NCBI GenBank assembly: GCA_976551045.1
Contig: CDPCPM010000102.1
Coordinates: 6,882,001-6,946,000, forward strand
Length of the DNA: 64,000 nucleotides
Source: Glaucostegus cemiculus
Lineage: Eukaryota
Direction of reading: 5' to 3'
Program-made: the position numbers and the translations under genes
Shown: positions 23,609 through 37,518 of the stretch, one piece after another
Position numbering within the stretch: position 1 is the stretch's first letter
Layout of the letters: the number at the start of each line of letters is the position of its first letter
Notes under the pieces: generated by a model
The model's input: the letters and a program-made list of their open reading frames with translations, nothing else
What the model was told of the DNA's origin: nothing
Database searches by the model: none

Positions 23609-26600
23609 GTAAGTATTAGTTTTGTTGCTGGATTATTTGGGTTATTCTTCAATAACACTTACTAATTTCCTAGTGGTGAGTTGAATACAAAATGGATTTC
23701 ATGTGGGACAGCATTTGAAGTTGACTTTTGTTTTAATGTTTATTTTCTGTCTAGTGTACTTGTTTTAGTTTTTGCATGAAAGTGAAAGAGTTGGTTGAGA
23801 TATGAGGAGTTGGTATTAACTCCTTTAAACTGAGAATGCACAAATGTATTCATACTGCATGTTGAGCTGCATGATTGTCCAACAATTTGTTTACATAAAT
23901 TAGCAATTTTGTTTGGGAGCATGGCAGTGATAAAGATTGTGGAGGACATTTGCTCAAGGGAAGGACATTTTGGTGACCTCTGGGTAATTGAGGTCTGTAT
24001 TGGATGTGATGGTCTGCGTTATAAGATAATTTCATTTGATCTCATTAGAAATTACATTGTTTCTCTCAAAGCACACGTTTGCCGTTACATTATAGATGTA
24101 GCTCATTGGGCCTTGGATCAAAACTGGGTTCTGGGTGTTAATTTATGAATAAGCCTTGTAAGGTATCATTTAAAAAAAAATTGATCTGCATTTTCAAAAA
24201 TGTTGTAAAAATAAAAATAATCCAAAAATATTCAATCATGCAAGATGATTCTGAAATTGACATTGGTGGGAGATGTATATTCAAGTGCTGTAGCAGTATT
24301 AAATACTTGCTCCATTTTCTAGAACTCTAGTGATTTTTTTCATCTTGTCTAACTATAAATTATAATACTTGTCACTGATGTGATTGGGTAGTGTGCTGTG
24401 AGCTATAACTTGAATAGTGCCTTTTGCGGGTGGATATCTTGATAACTAATTATTTCTTCATTTAAGATAATTAGAAGAGAAAAAGCAGTTTATGTTCCTG
24501 TAGATAAGGAAGTAAAATGCTTAGACAAAGTAATGTGTGCAGTCAAAAGTGTGAAGTGCATAGTTTTATGCTTACTTTTGAAATAATTAAAAATTAGGAA
24601 TGTTCTCTCTAACAGATGTGAACTAGATTACGAGGATCTCCTTTTTAAAAAGTGCAAAGTTACCCTTCCACAATACCGAATCTAATGTTGAAAGGGTAGA
24701 TGTATATATATCGTTGTTGCCATCTCAGATATTTTAAGGTCTAAGCATTTTTTAAAATCTCTTTGCTCTTTTCCCAAGGTGGTTCTTGCAACACTTACTG
24801 TAAATCATAAACACTATTTAGATTGACAATATTTCTTTGACTTCTGGGAAGCCAGTATTTGGGAATTGCCTAGCTACAAATGTGAGGTCAAGATGTGAAC
24901 TAGATATAATTATGTAAACTATGAGAGACGGTTCAATAGTGATGGCCGCAGAAACTGAACTAAAATTGCATTAGTATGAAACTGAATCAGGCTAAGCATA
25001 TCTCCATGGTCCAAGATGATTTTGCTGCTTTGATCATTACCCTTCATGGATATGGTGAATGTTTTGTCACAAAATTGAATGAAATTGATTTTAAAGAAAC
25101 AGTACTTTTTTTTAAAAAAGGTCTTAAGCAAGATGTGATAAGACTAGGTCTAATATTGTTTTTTAATTTAAAAAAACCTTTCAAATGTCAGCATTGGCTC
25201 ATTTTTAGCACTCCGGCATCGCCTTTGGCTGACGAGTAACATTCTTGTTTGAGTCAGACGTCATGAATTTATCTACATAATCATTTCACTGCATGCAGTG
25301 TTACCTACATTACAACACTATATGTTTCAATAGTACACATGAACTGTGAAGTATTTTTCAAGTTGCAAGAGTGTGAATACTGCAACTCCTTTGATGGTCA
25401 ATTGAATTTGACTACAAATGTGATTTTTGAGCACAGACTGACTTGAAAAGATACCAGAAATAATGTGGATTAGTATTTTCTCAAGGACAGCAGAATGGAA
25501 GAACTACTCCATGCAATGGCACTGATGTCAGGAAACAGTGTTGAAGTGTGAAAAGTTGCTGACCCTGACTGCCAACCTACCATCTGTTCTTCTTTAAACA
25601 TACTGACAAACGGAAGCAATAAGGAAATTCAGAGAATTGGAGGCAACAAACTAAAATTTTGTATTTTATTTAGAGGTTCAACAAACTTCTGAGTGCTTTT
25701 CAACAATGATTGCACTTAAATGGAGCATTTATATTGATGTATCACATCTCATGCAAATTGACAATCTTCAAATTTAGTTCCAAATATAGCACCTGTGATA
25801 CTTAACAGGTCTACTAATTTCACATGAACGATCTATGAATGAAAATACCAAAGTTCAAGTTACTGTTTATTATTCCCTAGTATTGAAGGATTATTCAGCT
25901 AGGTGGAATGCTTAGATTGCAGTATTTATTTTGAAATTGTGCTTTAAAAGGTCAGACCAAAGCAAAGCAAAATGTTGTGGATGCTGGATGCTAGAAAGCT
26001 GAAGTAAAAACACAAAATCTGAAAATACTCTGGCAGCATCTGTGATGAGAGAAAAATAGGGCCAGCGACCTTTCTTCTCTTGCACTGCCTGATGTGCTGA
26101 ATATTTCTGTATTAATAATAGAAAATACCCATATTCAGAAACAGCTGGAAATTACTCATAGTTCATGTGCAAAAATAACTTCTAAAGTCTTGTTAAAGAT
26201 TAAAATGATAGAATTTGCATTTGAAGATGTCGCACTTTTACAGATCTATGTCTAACAAAACTTCTCTTCAATGTAGTTACTCTTATGACATCCTTCACTT
26301 CTCTATTAAGAAATGGACATTTGATCTTCTTGCTGTGGCTGCGCTGTTGCTAACATGAGTGCTTTCTCTCCCCTCTTGAAAAGAAGCATTTAATAGTATT
26401 AATAAAAAAATTTTATTGTTACTTGGTTGCCAGATTTACCTCTCATTTCTTTGGCTTTGTTTTGTACTGCTTTTTTTCCATTGCCTTTTTGTTGTACATA
26501 TGGTCTTCCTCATGTGTAAGCACAGACTTTCACTATTTAATATTGGGTACAGAAAGAGTTTCTCTGAAGAGAAAGACCAACGATGAATAGAAAGTTGTCA

Positions 26601-27229
26601 TGTCTTTCACATTTCTGGAAACTAACATTTTTGTATTAAGTTGCAGCAAATTTAAAGACACTGTGATCGATTTGGGAAATTATGTGGGCAGTAAGATCTG
26701 ATGGAAATATTGCATAATAATCCTTTGTTTGATTCTGTGTATCTACTTTTGTGAAAGCTATCTCTGTTGTACAAGAATGAGGAATTCTTTGAGAGATGTG
26801 GTTGGTTAAGAATAAAAAAAATGTATTTTTTTCCAGTAATAATTTAAGACTGGGTGGTGTGAAACTAAAAGATTATATACACACACAGTTGAAGGTAAAT
26901 TGCCAGAGAGCAACTAGACAGTAGGTGAAAAAATCCCTACTGTTCAGCTTCTGATGCAGAAATACTGCAGTTTACCATCTGTGTGCAGCGAAGTGATTGT
27001 TTAAAAAAAATCTGCAAAATGTATATACGTTATTTTAATAGCTGCAGAAATAATCTGTTTTTTTGGTGATTACATCTGTTCTATTTTCCCCACTATCTAC
27101 CACAGACACTATGCCATTAAATAATAAATCTTTCCATAACTCATATTTATCCAGGGGTACAACAACTTGCATTATTAAAGTTCCTTTAATGTAGAAAAAC
27201 ATGCCATAGCACAGAAGAAGCATTAAGAT

Positions 27230-27900
27230 AAAAGGGCACAAGCCAAATAAGAAAGTGTGCTCAAAGATTGAGCAAAGTGTTTGGACGGTAACTGGCATGT
27301 TGAACTTCATTACCAGGCATTTGGAATAGCAGGATGAAAGACGTTTGCTGAAGTTGTACAGGGCTTTTGTGAGCTCACACCTACAGTGCCATATGCTGTT
27401 TCGGTCTGTATCTCTAAATTAAGATTATATTTCTTTTGGAGGTCGTGCAAGGTAGATCATTTCATTGATTTCTGTGGTAAGTTGGAGGGGGGGGTGATGT
27501 GCAGAGTGATCTTACAAAATAATGAATAGGGTCAACTTGTACCTACTAGACTTTGCAAGAATGAGAGACAATCTCATTTGAAACAATTGAGATTCCAAGA
27601 GGGTTTAACAAGGTAAGTGCTGAGAATTAATCTAGAACCATGGAGCTTGGTCTCAAGATAATTTTGGCCATTTAGCACAACTGAGGGGAAAATTCTTTAG
27701 AATTCTGTACCCCAGAAGATGGGATGCCTTTCTGTAGATAATGATTGAGATTGATGACTTTTTGGATGCTGCAGAAATCAAGGGAAATGGGGTTTAGATA
27801 GATAAGTGATCTTGAGGTAGAGGATCACTTGTAATCTGTTTGAGTGGAGCGAACCCAAGAGGACTTCTGCCCTGTTCTTTTGTTTCCTATGTTCTTGTGA
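27230..27900 (+). mobile_element. Old CR1 LINE 3' portion
   Basis: LLKLYRAFVSSHLQ-like coding at ~27345-27390, then CR1 3' UTR-like sequence ending ttcctatgttctt. Confidence 0.7.
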
Positions 27901-28134
27901 ACAGTAAAATATTAAAAAGAATGCATACAGACCTTTAAAAGATGTTAACACCGGCCGATAAAGCTCATGAGCAATGCACCCACAATTAATATGCACATGT
28001 AGCCTCGGGCATAGTGCACTGTGGTAGTGTTACTTTTTGATTGTATGATCCCTATTGCATTTGTTCACTGATTCAAAATGAAACACTAGGTGAACCAAAG
28101 AGGTGGTGGACATAGCTATCAAATGTAAGAATAG

Positions 28135-28901
28135 CAACAAAAGTGTGAGGTGTTGCACTTTGGGAGGTCAAATTTAAGAGGAAAGTATACAGTAAATGGC
28201 AGGACCTTAGGAATATTGATGTACAGAGATGCAAGTCCATAGTTCCTTGAAAGTGTCAACATAAGTAAATGGGGTCATAAAGATGATGTACACTATACTT
28301 GCCTTTATTGGTCAGGGCATCAAATATAAAACTTGGGAAGTCATGTTGCAGCTGTATAAAACTTTGGTTTGCCTGCATTTGGAGTATTATCTGCAGTTCT
28401 TCTGGCTGCATTATAGGAAGGATGCGAAGGTTTTGGAGAGGTTGCAGAAGAAGTCCACTAGGGTGTTGCCTGGAATAGAGAGAGTATTGGCTGTAAGGAG
28501 AGCTTGGACAAACTTGGTATGTTTTCTCTGGATTGTCAAGGCTGAGGGGTGACCTAATAGAAGTATATAAAATTATGATTAGCACAAACAGGGCAGATAT
28601 TCAGAGACTTTTTCCCAGGATGGAAACGTCAAATACAAGAGGGCACAGCTTTAAGGTCAGAGGAAGAAAGTTTAAAGAAGATTTATGAGGCAAGTTTTTT
28701 TTTACACGGAGTGGTATGTGCCTGGAACACACTGCCAGAAAGGTGGTGGAAACAGGTATTTCATCTTAAGAGGCATTTAGACTAGCTGGGAATAGAGAAA
28801 TATGGACCAAATGCAGACAGATGTGCTGTTTAAATTGGCTTCATGATCAGCACAGACATTATGGGCTGAAGGGCCTGTTCTCATGCTGTGTTGTTCTATA
28901 T
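28135..28901 (+). mobile_element. CR1 LINE 3' end
   Basis: ORF 28283..28552: LAFIGQGIKYKTWEVMLQLYKTLVCLHLEYYLQFFW. Tail gggctgaagggcctgttctcatgctgtgttgttctata. Confidence 0.9.
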
Positions 28902-31544
28902 TAAAATTGCCAGGGAGCAGTAACTAATGAAAGCTATCTGAATGCCTAATAAGGTGAACATGTATTAACATTTTATATATAAAAAATATTAGAATTACTC
29001 AAAGAATTTCAGTGTCCAAAATAATGTAAGCTCTTTCACTTCTGTAAATTTCACATTCTGTCTCTGGGAACTTCTGAACACTTACCTCAAAAGATTTTAG
29101 TTCTGCTGAGTTCAGATTTGCAGCCTTAGCACCTGCAGTGCATTGTACACAGTTTCTCAGAATGAACAACCCATTTTGGGTGGAAAATACTTTTCTTTTA
29201 TTAAATGTTTTGTTTGACTTTGAATATTCCAAAAACTGGAGAGCAAATCACAAACTTAATAAAGGCTTTGGTTTGGGTTAAATGAAGATTTTATGTGTTT
29301 ATCTGAGATGCTCATTTTGAATGTCACTATTTATAACTTGCATCAGTTTTTGTTTGAATTCCAAACAGAATTTTCCAATTGTGTATTTCTCAAGGGAAAA
29401 TGAAATTGTACTTGCTTACCATTATTTTATTTATATTGTAATGTTTGTATGTAACAGCATTTCAGTTTGTCTGTGTACATACTAGATGATGGATTTGGGT
29501 AGGTTTTAACAGCACTTGAAGCTATTAAATTTTTACTTCAGAAACAGTGTCAAAATGAGAAGGAATGAGTAGCTGATGGTGAAACAAATTAAACTATGAC
29601 ATTCTAAAATACTACGTATTTTGTTATTTTAGAGGGAAGTTTAGAAGAAAAAAACAATTATAACTTTGCAGTTGAACAGTGCAAGCTAATTGTGCTTCAG
29701 GTTTATTGTATTGATATCGTTAAGAAGCTAACTAACTATGTTGAAGTGACTATCAACTTTTAAATAATTACAGCTATATACACAGCCCAAATTTAAAAAA
29801 AAATTGCTGATTTGCTTAAGGCAGCTTGAAAAGCAGAGTATTTGTTCTTTCACAAAATGCAGTTTACAGGGTGATGTTGCAGAAGTATGTAAATTGTGGG
29901 GCAAAACAAAAGTAAGCAGTGATTGAGGGCCCATTGGAATGAGGTTAAATGAGAAAAAAAATCTAGAACTGACAACAAGAGAAATGTCTTCACAGGTGTA
30001 CGACTGTGAAATTCACTTTCATTTTTGGTGGTTGAGATGATATTTTGGTAGCTTTCAAGATTCAAATCAATAGCTGAATGAAGGAAAAGGAATGTGGTAA
30101 TAGAAGATCATCTACTTCATGCAGAATGACCTGACTTGGAAATACATCATTCCTTCATCCAGGAATGCCTTCAGCAGTTCAAAAAATCAGCTCACCAACC
30201 ATGTGGAAAGCATTAAATGCTGGCAATGCCCAAGCCCAAAACCTCACACACAGTGTAGGCATAAAAGATCCACGACATTATTTGACGAAGAGCTGATATG
30301 CAAATATTTAACCTTTAACCAATGCCCTTAAAGATAATCTAGTAATTACCTTTGTTGTTTGAACAGCCTTGCTCTGCATAAGATGGCTTGATGCATTATA
30401 TGAGTAGCTACATTTTAGACATTGTTCAGTAGCTGTAAAGTACTTAGAGATGTTCTGAAATAATGAAAGCCTCTGAATAAATGTAATTTAGTTTTTATGT
30501 TATCCAGTCAGTGTTGTTGTTTTGTGTCAGCTATTTCCATGTACTACTTTGCAGCTGAAAAGAAGTCAAAAAGTCATTCCTAAAGGTACTTGTCATGGAA
30601 ATGTGAAGCAATGTAGGTTAAATATATTTTAGACTTTCACTTTAAATGCTTTTCCCTTGAGAAGAAACTGTTAAGGTTTTGCTGAATGCTTATCCATCTG
30701 CTCTTCAATCTGATTACTGGAGAGTTGTTAAATAATTCCATGACTTCTTAATGGAATGGTTTGATTAAACTGATTGTGAAGTGCAGGAGGACCAAATAAG
30801 CAATTTAGTTCTTTTATGTTACATTCACTGTCCTTTTTTTTCATTTTCTTTGTCAAAGGCCTGGGAGCCAGCCACAACAAACTATGTAGAAAGTTACAAA
30901 ACTGAAAAAGAGTATGTGTATATTTTTAATAAATGTATAATTGTGCATGATATATGAAAACATTCCCTAATATGGGTTGAAAAATGTACTTAAGAAAGTA
31001 TTTGATATTTTGTGTTTCTGGGAGTTTAGTTTCTTAAAGCCAACAACATATTATGTAATAAATTATCAGAATTGAAATTTACTTGCAATATAAAAAAAAA
31101 TGTGCAGCAAAGTAATTTTCAGCAATGCAAAACAGTAGTGAGATTTTTTAATCCTTCAATGTTATGATTAAAATTAATGTGAATTATGTCATTCCATCTG
31201 TTTACAGTAATTATAATGTGTATAATATTTCAGCTCTACCTTAACTTCATACATGTTCTTTCTAATTATTATTTTGTCGTCAATAAAATCTTTAAAAAGT
31301 TATTTTAAAGAAATTTCTTTTTTACTATATGTGAAAATATTTCAGTGTGATTTCAGTGGTAAGCCTGCCTCATGGCATTATTGTTGCCAGAGGCCAGAGA
31401 TTTCCTGAAGTGGAAACCTGACAACAACTGATGATGGAGATAGTCATCCATGCCACAGAGGTTACTAGCCTGTTATTGGTTGCTTTGCTCTTCCTGGGTC
31501 ACAAGCAACTTGTATTGCTTTGCTGCTGTCTTCGGTTAACACTT

Positions 31545-33690
31545 AGAGCATGGAACAGTTCAGCACAGAAACAGGCCCCTTAAGCCTCTGATGTCAGCGC
31601 CAGACACTATGCCAAACTAAACCAAATCTCTTCTTCCTCTACGTGATCCATATCTCTCCATTCATTGCATTTTCACATGTCTACCTAAAAGTCTCTTGAA
31701 CACTGCTATCTTGTCTGATTGCACCACTACCCATGGTAACCAATCTGCACTCACCACACTTTGTAAAACAACAACTTGTCCTGCACATCTCCTTTAAACA
31801 TTCCTCATCTCACCTTATATGCACATCCTCTGGTATTTGACATTTCTACCCTGGGGAAAAGGTTCTGACTATCAACCCGACCTATGGCTCTCATCATAAT
31901 TTTATAAACTTCTATGAGATCTTCCCTCAGCCTCTGACCCTCCAGAGAAAACAACACAAGTTAGTCTAACCTCTCCATATAGCTCACACCCTCTAATCCA
32001 GCAGCATCCTGGTAAACCTCTTCTGCACCCTTTCCAAAGCCTCCACATCCCTCCTGTACTGGGACGACCAGATTTGCACACAATATTCCAAGTGCAGCCT
32101 AACCAAAGTTTTATATAGCTGCAACATGACTTTCTTACCTTTCTACTCAATGCCTTGACCAGTGAAGGCAAGCATGCTGTGCGCCGCCTTAACCATCCTA
32201 TCTGCTTGCATAGCCACTTTAAGGGAGCTTTGGACTTGGACCCTAAGATCTGTCTGCACATCAATACTGTTAAGGGTCCTGCTGTTAACTGTTTATTTTC
32301 CCCCTTGCATTTGATCTCTCAAAGTGCAACACCTCACACTTGCCTGGATTAAACTCCATCTGCCATTTCTCCACCAATATTTGTAACTTATCTGTATACT
32401 TGATAGCCCTCTACAGTCTTCACAACTCCACCAATCTTTGTGTCGCTGCAAATTTACAAGCCCACCTACCTACATCTTCATTCAAGTCAGTACTGATCCC
32501 CGAGGAACACCTCTGGTCACAGACCTCCAGCCAGAATAACACCTTTCCACTACTACCCTCTATCTTCTATGGGCAAGCCAATTCTGAATCCAAACTACCA
32601 AGTCACCGTGGATCCCATGCATCTTAATCTTTTGGATTAGCCTATCATGAGGGACCTTGTCAAATAAGTGCCTTGCTAAAATCCATGTAGACAATATTCA
32701 CTGCCATACCCTCATCAGCCACCTTTGTCACCACCTCAAAAAAACTCTTTATCGAGTTTATAAGACATGACCTGCCTGAACAAGCCATGCTGACTAATCA
32801 GGCCAAATGCATGTAAATCCTATCTGTAAGAATACTCTTCAATAGCTTCCCTACCACTGATCACTGCTCACTGGTCTATAATTTCCTAGATTCTTCCCTT
32901 TTTGACCAAAGGAACAACTAGTCCTCTGGGATCTTGCCTGTTGCAAGTAAGGATACCGAGATCTTTGTCAAAGTCCCAGGAATCTCCACTCATGCCTCTT
33001 TCAATAACCTGGGATAGATCCCATCAGGCCTTGGGGACTTATCCATCTTAATGCTCTTCAAAAGACCCAGAACCACCACCACCTTCATTTCAAAATGCCC
33101 AAGCACATGAACATGCCCCACACTGCTCTCACTATCCTCCATGTCCTTCTCCTTTGTGAATACCGATGCAAAGTACTTGTTTAGTACTTCACCCATATCC
33201 TCTGACTCCAAGCATAAATTCTTTCCTTTAATTTTGAGTGGTCTTACCCTGTTCCTAGTTAACCTCTTGTTTTTAATGTAAGTATAAAATGCCTTGGCAT
33301 TCTCTTTAATCCTGCTTACCAAGGACATTTCATGACCCGTTCTGGCCATCTCAATCCCCTCTCAGCTCTTTCCTGCCATTTTTGCGTTCCTCAAGGGCCC
33401 TATCTGGTTTTAGCTTTCTAAACCTTAATTCATAATCTGTCTTGACACCCAAGGTTCCCTTACCTTGCCATCCTTGCCCTTCCTCACTAGAATATACTAT
33501 TCCTGAGTTCTGATCAGCTGGTCTTTAAATGACTCCCACATGTCAGATATTGACTTGCCTGATAACATCTGCTCCCAATTAACTCACACTAGTTCCTTCC
33601 TGATATCTTGTAATTTGCCCTCTCGCAATTTAGTACTTTCTCGCAAGGTCCAGACTTATCCTTATTCATAGCTATCTTGAAACTCGTGGT
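31545..33690 (-). mobile_element. Decayed CR1 LINE (~2.1 kb, internally deleted)
   Basis: ORF 32990..33349: IKENAKAFYTYIKNKR..LNKYFASVFTKE..DKSPRPDGIYPRLLKEA. Reverse-complement tail at 31545-31600. Confidence 0.9.
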
Positions 33691-33814
33691 ACCTCTAAAT
33701 CAGTAGTGCTATCCTTCTGGTGAGAAATAGATTTGTAGAATTGTTGTGGCATCTTTTAAATTCAGGCCGCATCTACCTCTTTGAGTGTAAAATATGTCAT
33801 GGCATTATTTTATA

Positions 33815-33914
33815 GATTTTAGATTTTATTTACAACGTGGTAACAGGCCCTTTCGGCCCAACCAGTCCGTGCCGCCCATTTTAAACCCCCAAATTAACCT
33901 ACCCGTACGTCTTT
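33815..33914 (-). mobile_element. 3' fragment of the CR1-tailed V-SINE
   Basis: tttatttacaacgtggtaacaggccctttcggcccaaccagtccgtgccgcccattttaaacccccaaattaacctaccc matches 9870-9950. Confidence 0.8.
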
Positions 33915-34094
33915 TTAGTTCATTAAATTATTTAGTCATCTATTTCAGTGTTGTTTGTGGTACCTGGCTGTGCAAAAAATTAACCTGTTTATCTTTAAGA
34001 GTATTCAGTATTTTAGGCATCCTGAGATCAAGAATGGTGCCAGGAATTCGGAACTATATTGGAGGTCCTTGGGTATCATTTGATATTTGGCTTA

Positions 34095-34420
34095 ATAGAA
34101 CCTAGAACCCTACAGCGTGGTACAGACCCTTTGGCCCACAATGTCATGCCAACAGTTTATCCTGCTCTAAGACCTATCTAACTCTTCCCTCCCACATAGC
34201 CCCCTATTTCTCTATCATTTATGCGTCTGTCTAAGAGTCTCTTCAATGTCCCTAATGTATCTGACCCCCACAACCTCTGCAGACTGTGCATTCCACGGAT
34301 CTACCACTCACTGTAAAAAAAAAACTTATCCCTGACATCCCCCTTATACCTCCCTCCAATCACTTTAAAATTGTGTGCCCTTGTTCTAGCCATTGTTGCA
34401 CTGGGGAAAAGTCCCTGACT
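34095..34420 (-). mobile_element. CR1 LINE 3' end fragment
   Basis: tagaacctagaacc tandem tail, then tacagcgtggtacagacccttggcccacaatg. Confidence 0.75.
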
Positions 34421-34768
34421 TGTGAAGAAGAAACTGGCCAATGAACCATCTTCAGTAATGTTGGTGTTACCTGGGTTCCAACTAATATAACATTGAGTAC
34501 AAAATTTCAGTGAGTGTCATAACCATAGCTGGGTTTAACTTAATTTTGCTTACCTTCACTTTTAAGTTTAGGTTACATTGTGCTTTTCAATGTGTATCTT
34601 GTATATGAAAGTAACATCTGTATATCAAATAACAAATGTACTACTTGTTACTATATTATAGCTGTTAATTTTCCTTACAGCTGATGTTTCAGTATTAAAA
34701 ATCAACATGGATTATTATGACTGACTGTTTAAACATTGCTGCCCAATACTGAAAGATCTATCAAGGTA

Positions 34769-34989
34769 CAGGTTCTCTCAGGTTACGAACACCCAACTTG
34801 TGCACAGCTCATATGTACAAAACCAAGTGTTTGGGGAAACTGGCTGGATGGATTTGCTGGCTACTGTGGGGCTGCAGGCATCTTCTGCTGCCTGGCAACT
34901 CTGTTTGCAGCCACATTTCTGACTTGCAGACTGTCTGGGATACGAACAGTTCACAGGAGCAGAACCCTGCCGTAACCTGGGAGGACCTG
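34769..34989. mobile_element. Tc1/pogo(Tigger)-type MITE, 221 bp
   Basis: TA|caggttctctcaggttacg ... cgtaacctgggaggacctg|TA: 19-bp TIRs (17/19 match) with a TA duplication on both sides. Confidence 0.85.
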
Positions 34990-35479
34990 TATGCAGCAGC
35001 TTGTGAACTGCCAGTGGCTTAAGAAAAAGTGTTGTTTCACCCATCAATTTCCTCAAACATGTATTGAGGAGCCAATAAGTGAAAAGTGTATTTTAGGTCT
35101 TGTGAGAAGGCTGTAATTAGCAATCTCTTAGCAAGGGATTCTATAGGGAAGAATGATCAAAATATGATTTTATCCAAGAGAAAAGGGAGATTTAAAAAAA
35201 GAGAGGAACCACAGACGAGTCAATTGTTAGGAAAATGTTCAGATCCATTATTGATGAAGTAGTTATCGGGCACTTAAAAGACATAATATGTTTAAATTAA
35301 GGCATTATGGCTTTCTGAAGGAGAAGCATATTTAATAAATTTAAGTACACATTGATTGGATATATGGCTCAGAAACTATTCCGAACCACTCAGTGCTGGT
35401 GCTTGTACTGCAGTTTGATTTTATTTTGAAAGTAATGTTTGCTGGGCAACACATTTTTTTAAAACATGGTTTTGTAGTA

Positions 35480-36320
35480 CACTATCATTCTATTTTTCCT
35501 CATCTAAAATTTTCAGTGTAACCCTCGAATTCCGTCCTTTCTTGTAAGCTTGTTCACACTCAGATATATTTGTTTCAGTCATTTCACGTAACAGTGAGTT
35601 CCACGTTAAATCACCATTCTTTGGGTGAAGACATTTCTTAATTCCTTATCAGATTTCTTGATGGTCTCCAGTAATACCTTTCCCCACATTTTTTGTCTCT
35701 ATGGTGTCAAAGCCTTTCATTATAATAAATACCTATATTAGATTACTGCTCATTCTTTTCCCAATAGAATATAGACCCAGCCTGTTCACCCTTTTCTGTT
35801 ATGTATGCCCTTGCATTTCTGGTATCATACTTGTAAATCATCTCTGCATTCTGTCTATTTCCTCTATCTTTATAAAATGCCAAATGGGACATGCCATGCT
35901 CCAACTGTGGGCTAACCAAAGTTTGATAAAGGTTTTGCATCACCCGATGACGCTCCAATTTTCTCCCTAAAGAAAAGAACCCTGGTGCTTGGTTTGCTTC
36001 CTTTATGGTGTTGCTAACCTATAATGCAACTTTAATAATTGTGTTGGTACAGTGATCTCTTTTTTTCCCTGTACACAGCATAATACTCACACCTTCCCAG
36101 TAATAAGTGACTTCCTGATTCTTCAAACAAAAATGTACCATCTCGCACTTGCCAGCATTGAACATCATCTGCCCATATTACAAGTATATTAGTGTTCTCT
36201 TGTAAGTTGTAGAAGTCATTCTCAGTATTGCCTGTTTGCCTGCAAGCCACCGTCACTCCCATCCTCCTCACTCCACCCCCTCCACTTCCCTATTTAATAT
36301 CGTTCACAGATTCAGAAAAT
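35480..36320 (-). mobile_element. Old CR1 LINE 3' portion
   Basis: ORF 35743..35958 (VMQNLYQTLVSPQLEHG), and WADD-like/ttcaatgctggcaagtgcgag coding on the minus strand near 36140-36180. Confidence 0.7.
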
Positions 36321-37029
36321 GTGTTCTTTCTTGTACTCCAGATGGAATTGAACACAATTTGTAAGTTTGTATTTTGGTGATGTAACCAGCAAGTTAGAAA
36401 AGGGAGAACCAGTTGATTTTCCAAAGGCAATTAAGTACACAAAGGATTTTTATACAGAATAAATATAAGTGTTCTTAGGATTTATTTTCATTCTCTCTTC
36501 TTGAATTGGAACACATCCAATGTCAAAAGAGAACTTGCATTGGACTCCCCAGATGGCATTATTTCCAACCATCTGTGTTCATTTGGAGTAATAGTTACAG
36601 GATGAAAAGAATGTAGAATTAACCATTTTGTTAATTTTATGAATGGAGTGGTGCCTGGATCAGTACTGTAGCCTTCAGTTACTTAGAATTTGAATTTGTG
36701 TCATTGAATAAATGAAGGAATAGAGTGCAAAATATCCATGTTTGCTAACTATACAGCTTACTTTCCCACCTACATTTCTGAGGAGAATGGAGGGATTGCA
36801 AAGTATTTGGATTGGATAGTCCACAGGGCAAGAAATGGAAATTAGGTTATGAACTAACTAGTGCTTTCCAGGAAATTAATCCTTAAATCCTGAAGACAGC
36901 TTTGGTGGACTTTGGTTGTAAATTATAACTAAGAAGTTCAATCTAAATTTGCTTTAGATAATGAATGTGATTTTTGAATCTTGTAAAAGGTAATAAAGGC
37001 CACATTTCTTTGATTTTGGGGGGCAGCCC

Positions 37030-37381
37030 AGTGTATAAGATATTGAGAGGGATAGAGTTGACAGCCAGTGCCTCTTTCCCAGAGCGCAGATGCACAAGAC
37101 AAGAGGGCATGGCTATAAGATATTGGGTGGAAAGTTCAGGGGAGATGTCAGAGGGAAGTTTTTCACCCAGAGAGTGGTTGGCGCATGGAATGCGCTTCCT
37201 TGGGTGGTAGTAGAGGCAGATACGTTGGACAGGTTCAAGAAATTGTTAGATAGGCACATGGAAGAATGTGGAATAGTAGGATATGTGAGAGGAAAGAGTT
37301 AGATTGTGAGACGTTTGAAGGATGGCACAACTTGGTGGGCCGAAGGGCCTGTTTTGTGCTGTATTGTTCTATGGTTCTATG
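37030..37381 (+). mobile_element. CR1 LINE 3' end (relatively young)
   Basis: ORF 37090..37302: TRGHGYKILGGKFRGDVRGKFFTQRVVGAWNALP..FKKLLDRHM. Tail gggccgaagggcctgttttgtgctgtattgttctatggttctatgg. Confidence 0.92.
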
Positions 37382-37518
37382 GATTTTTCTAGGTAATATT
37401 AATTATTGTAGTTTGCTTTCATGGCCACATAGAGAATTTGACAAGCTATTGAATTAATTTGAATTGATTGCTTCAAAAGTTGGATGGTGATGGTGCCTAT
37501 TGTTGGAGTATTGTTGTA

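Noticed and set aside
31399-31431. DFLKWKP, resembling RNGTT motif V (DILKWKP)
   Set aside because: Out of exon order (it lies before the 41096 exon), followed by TGA after 3 codons, the flanks do not match and there are no fitting splice sites. Treated as chance.
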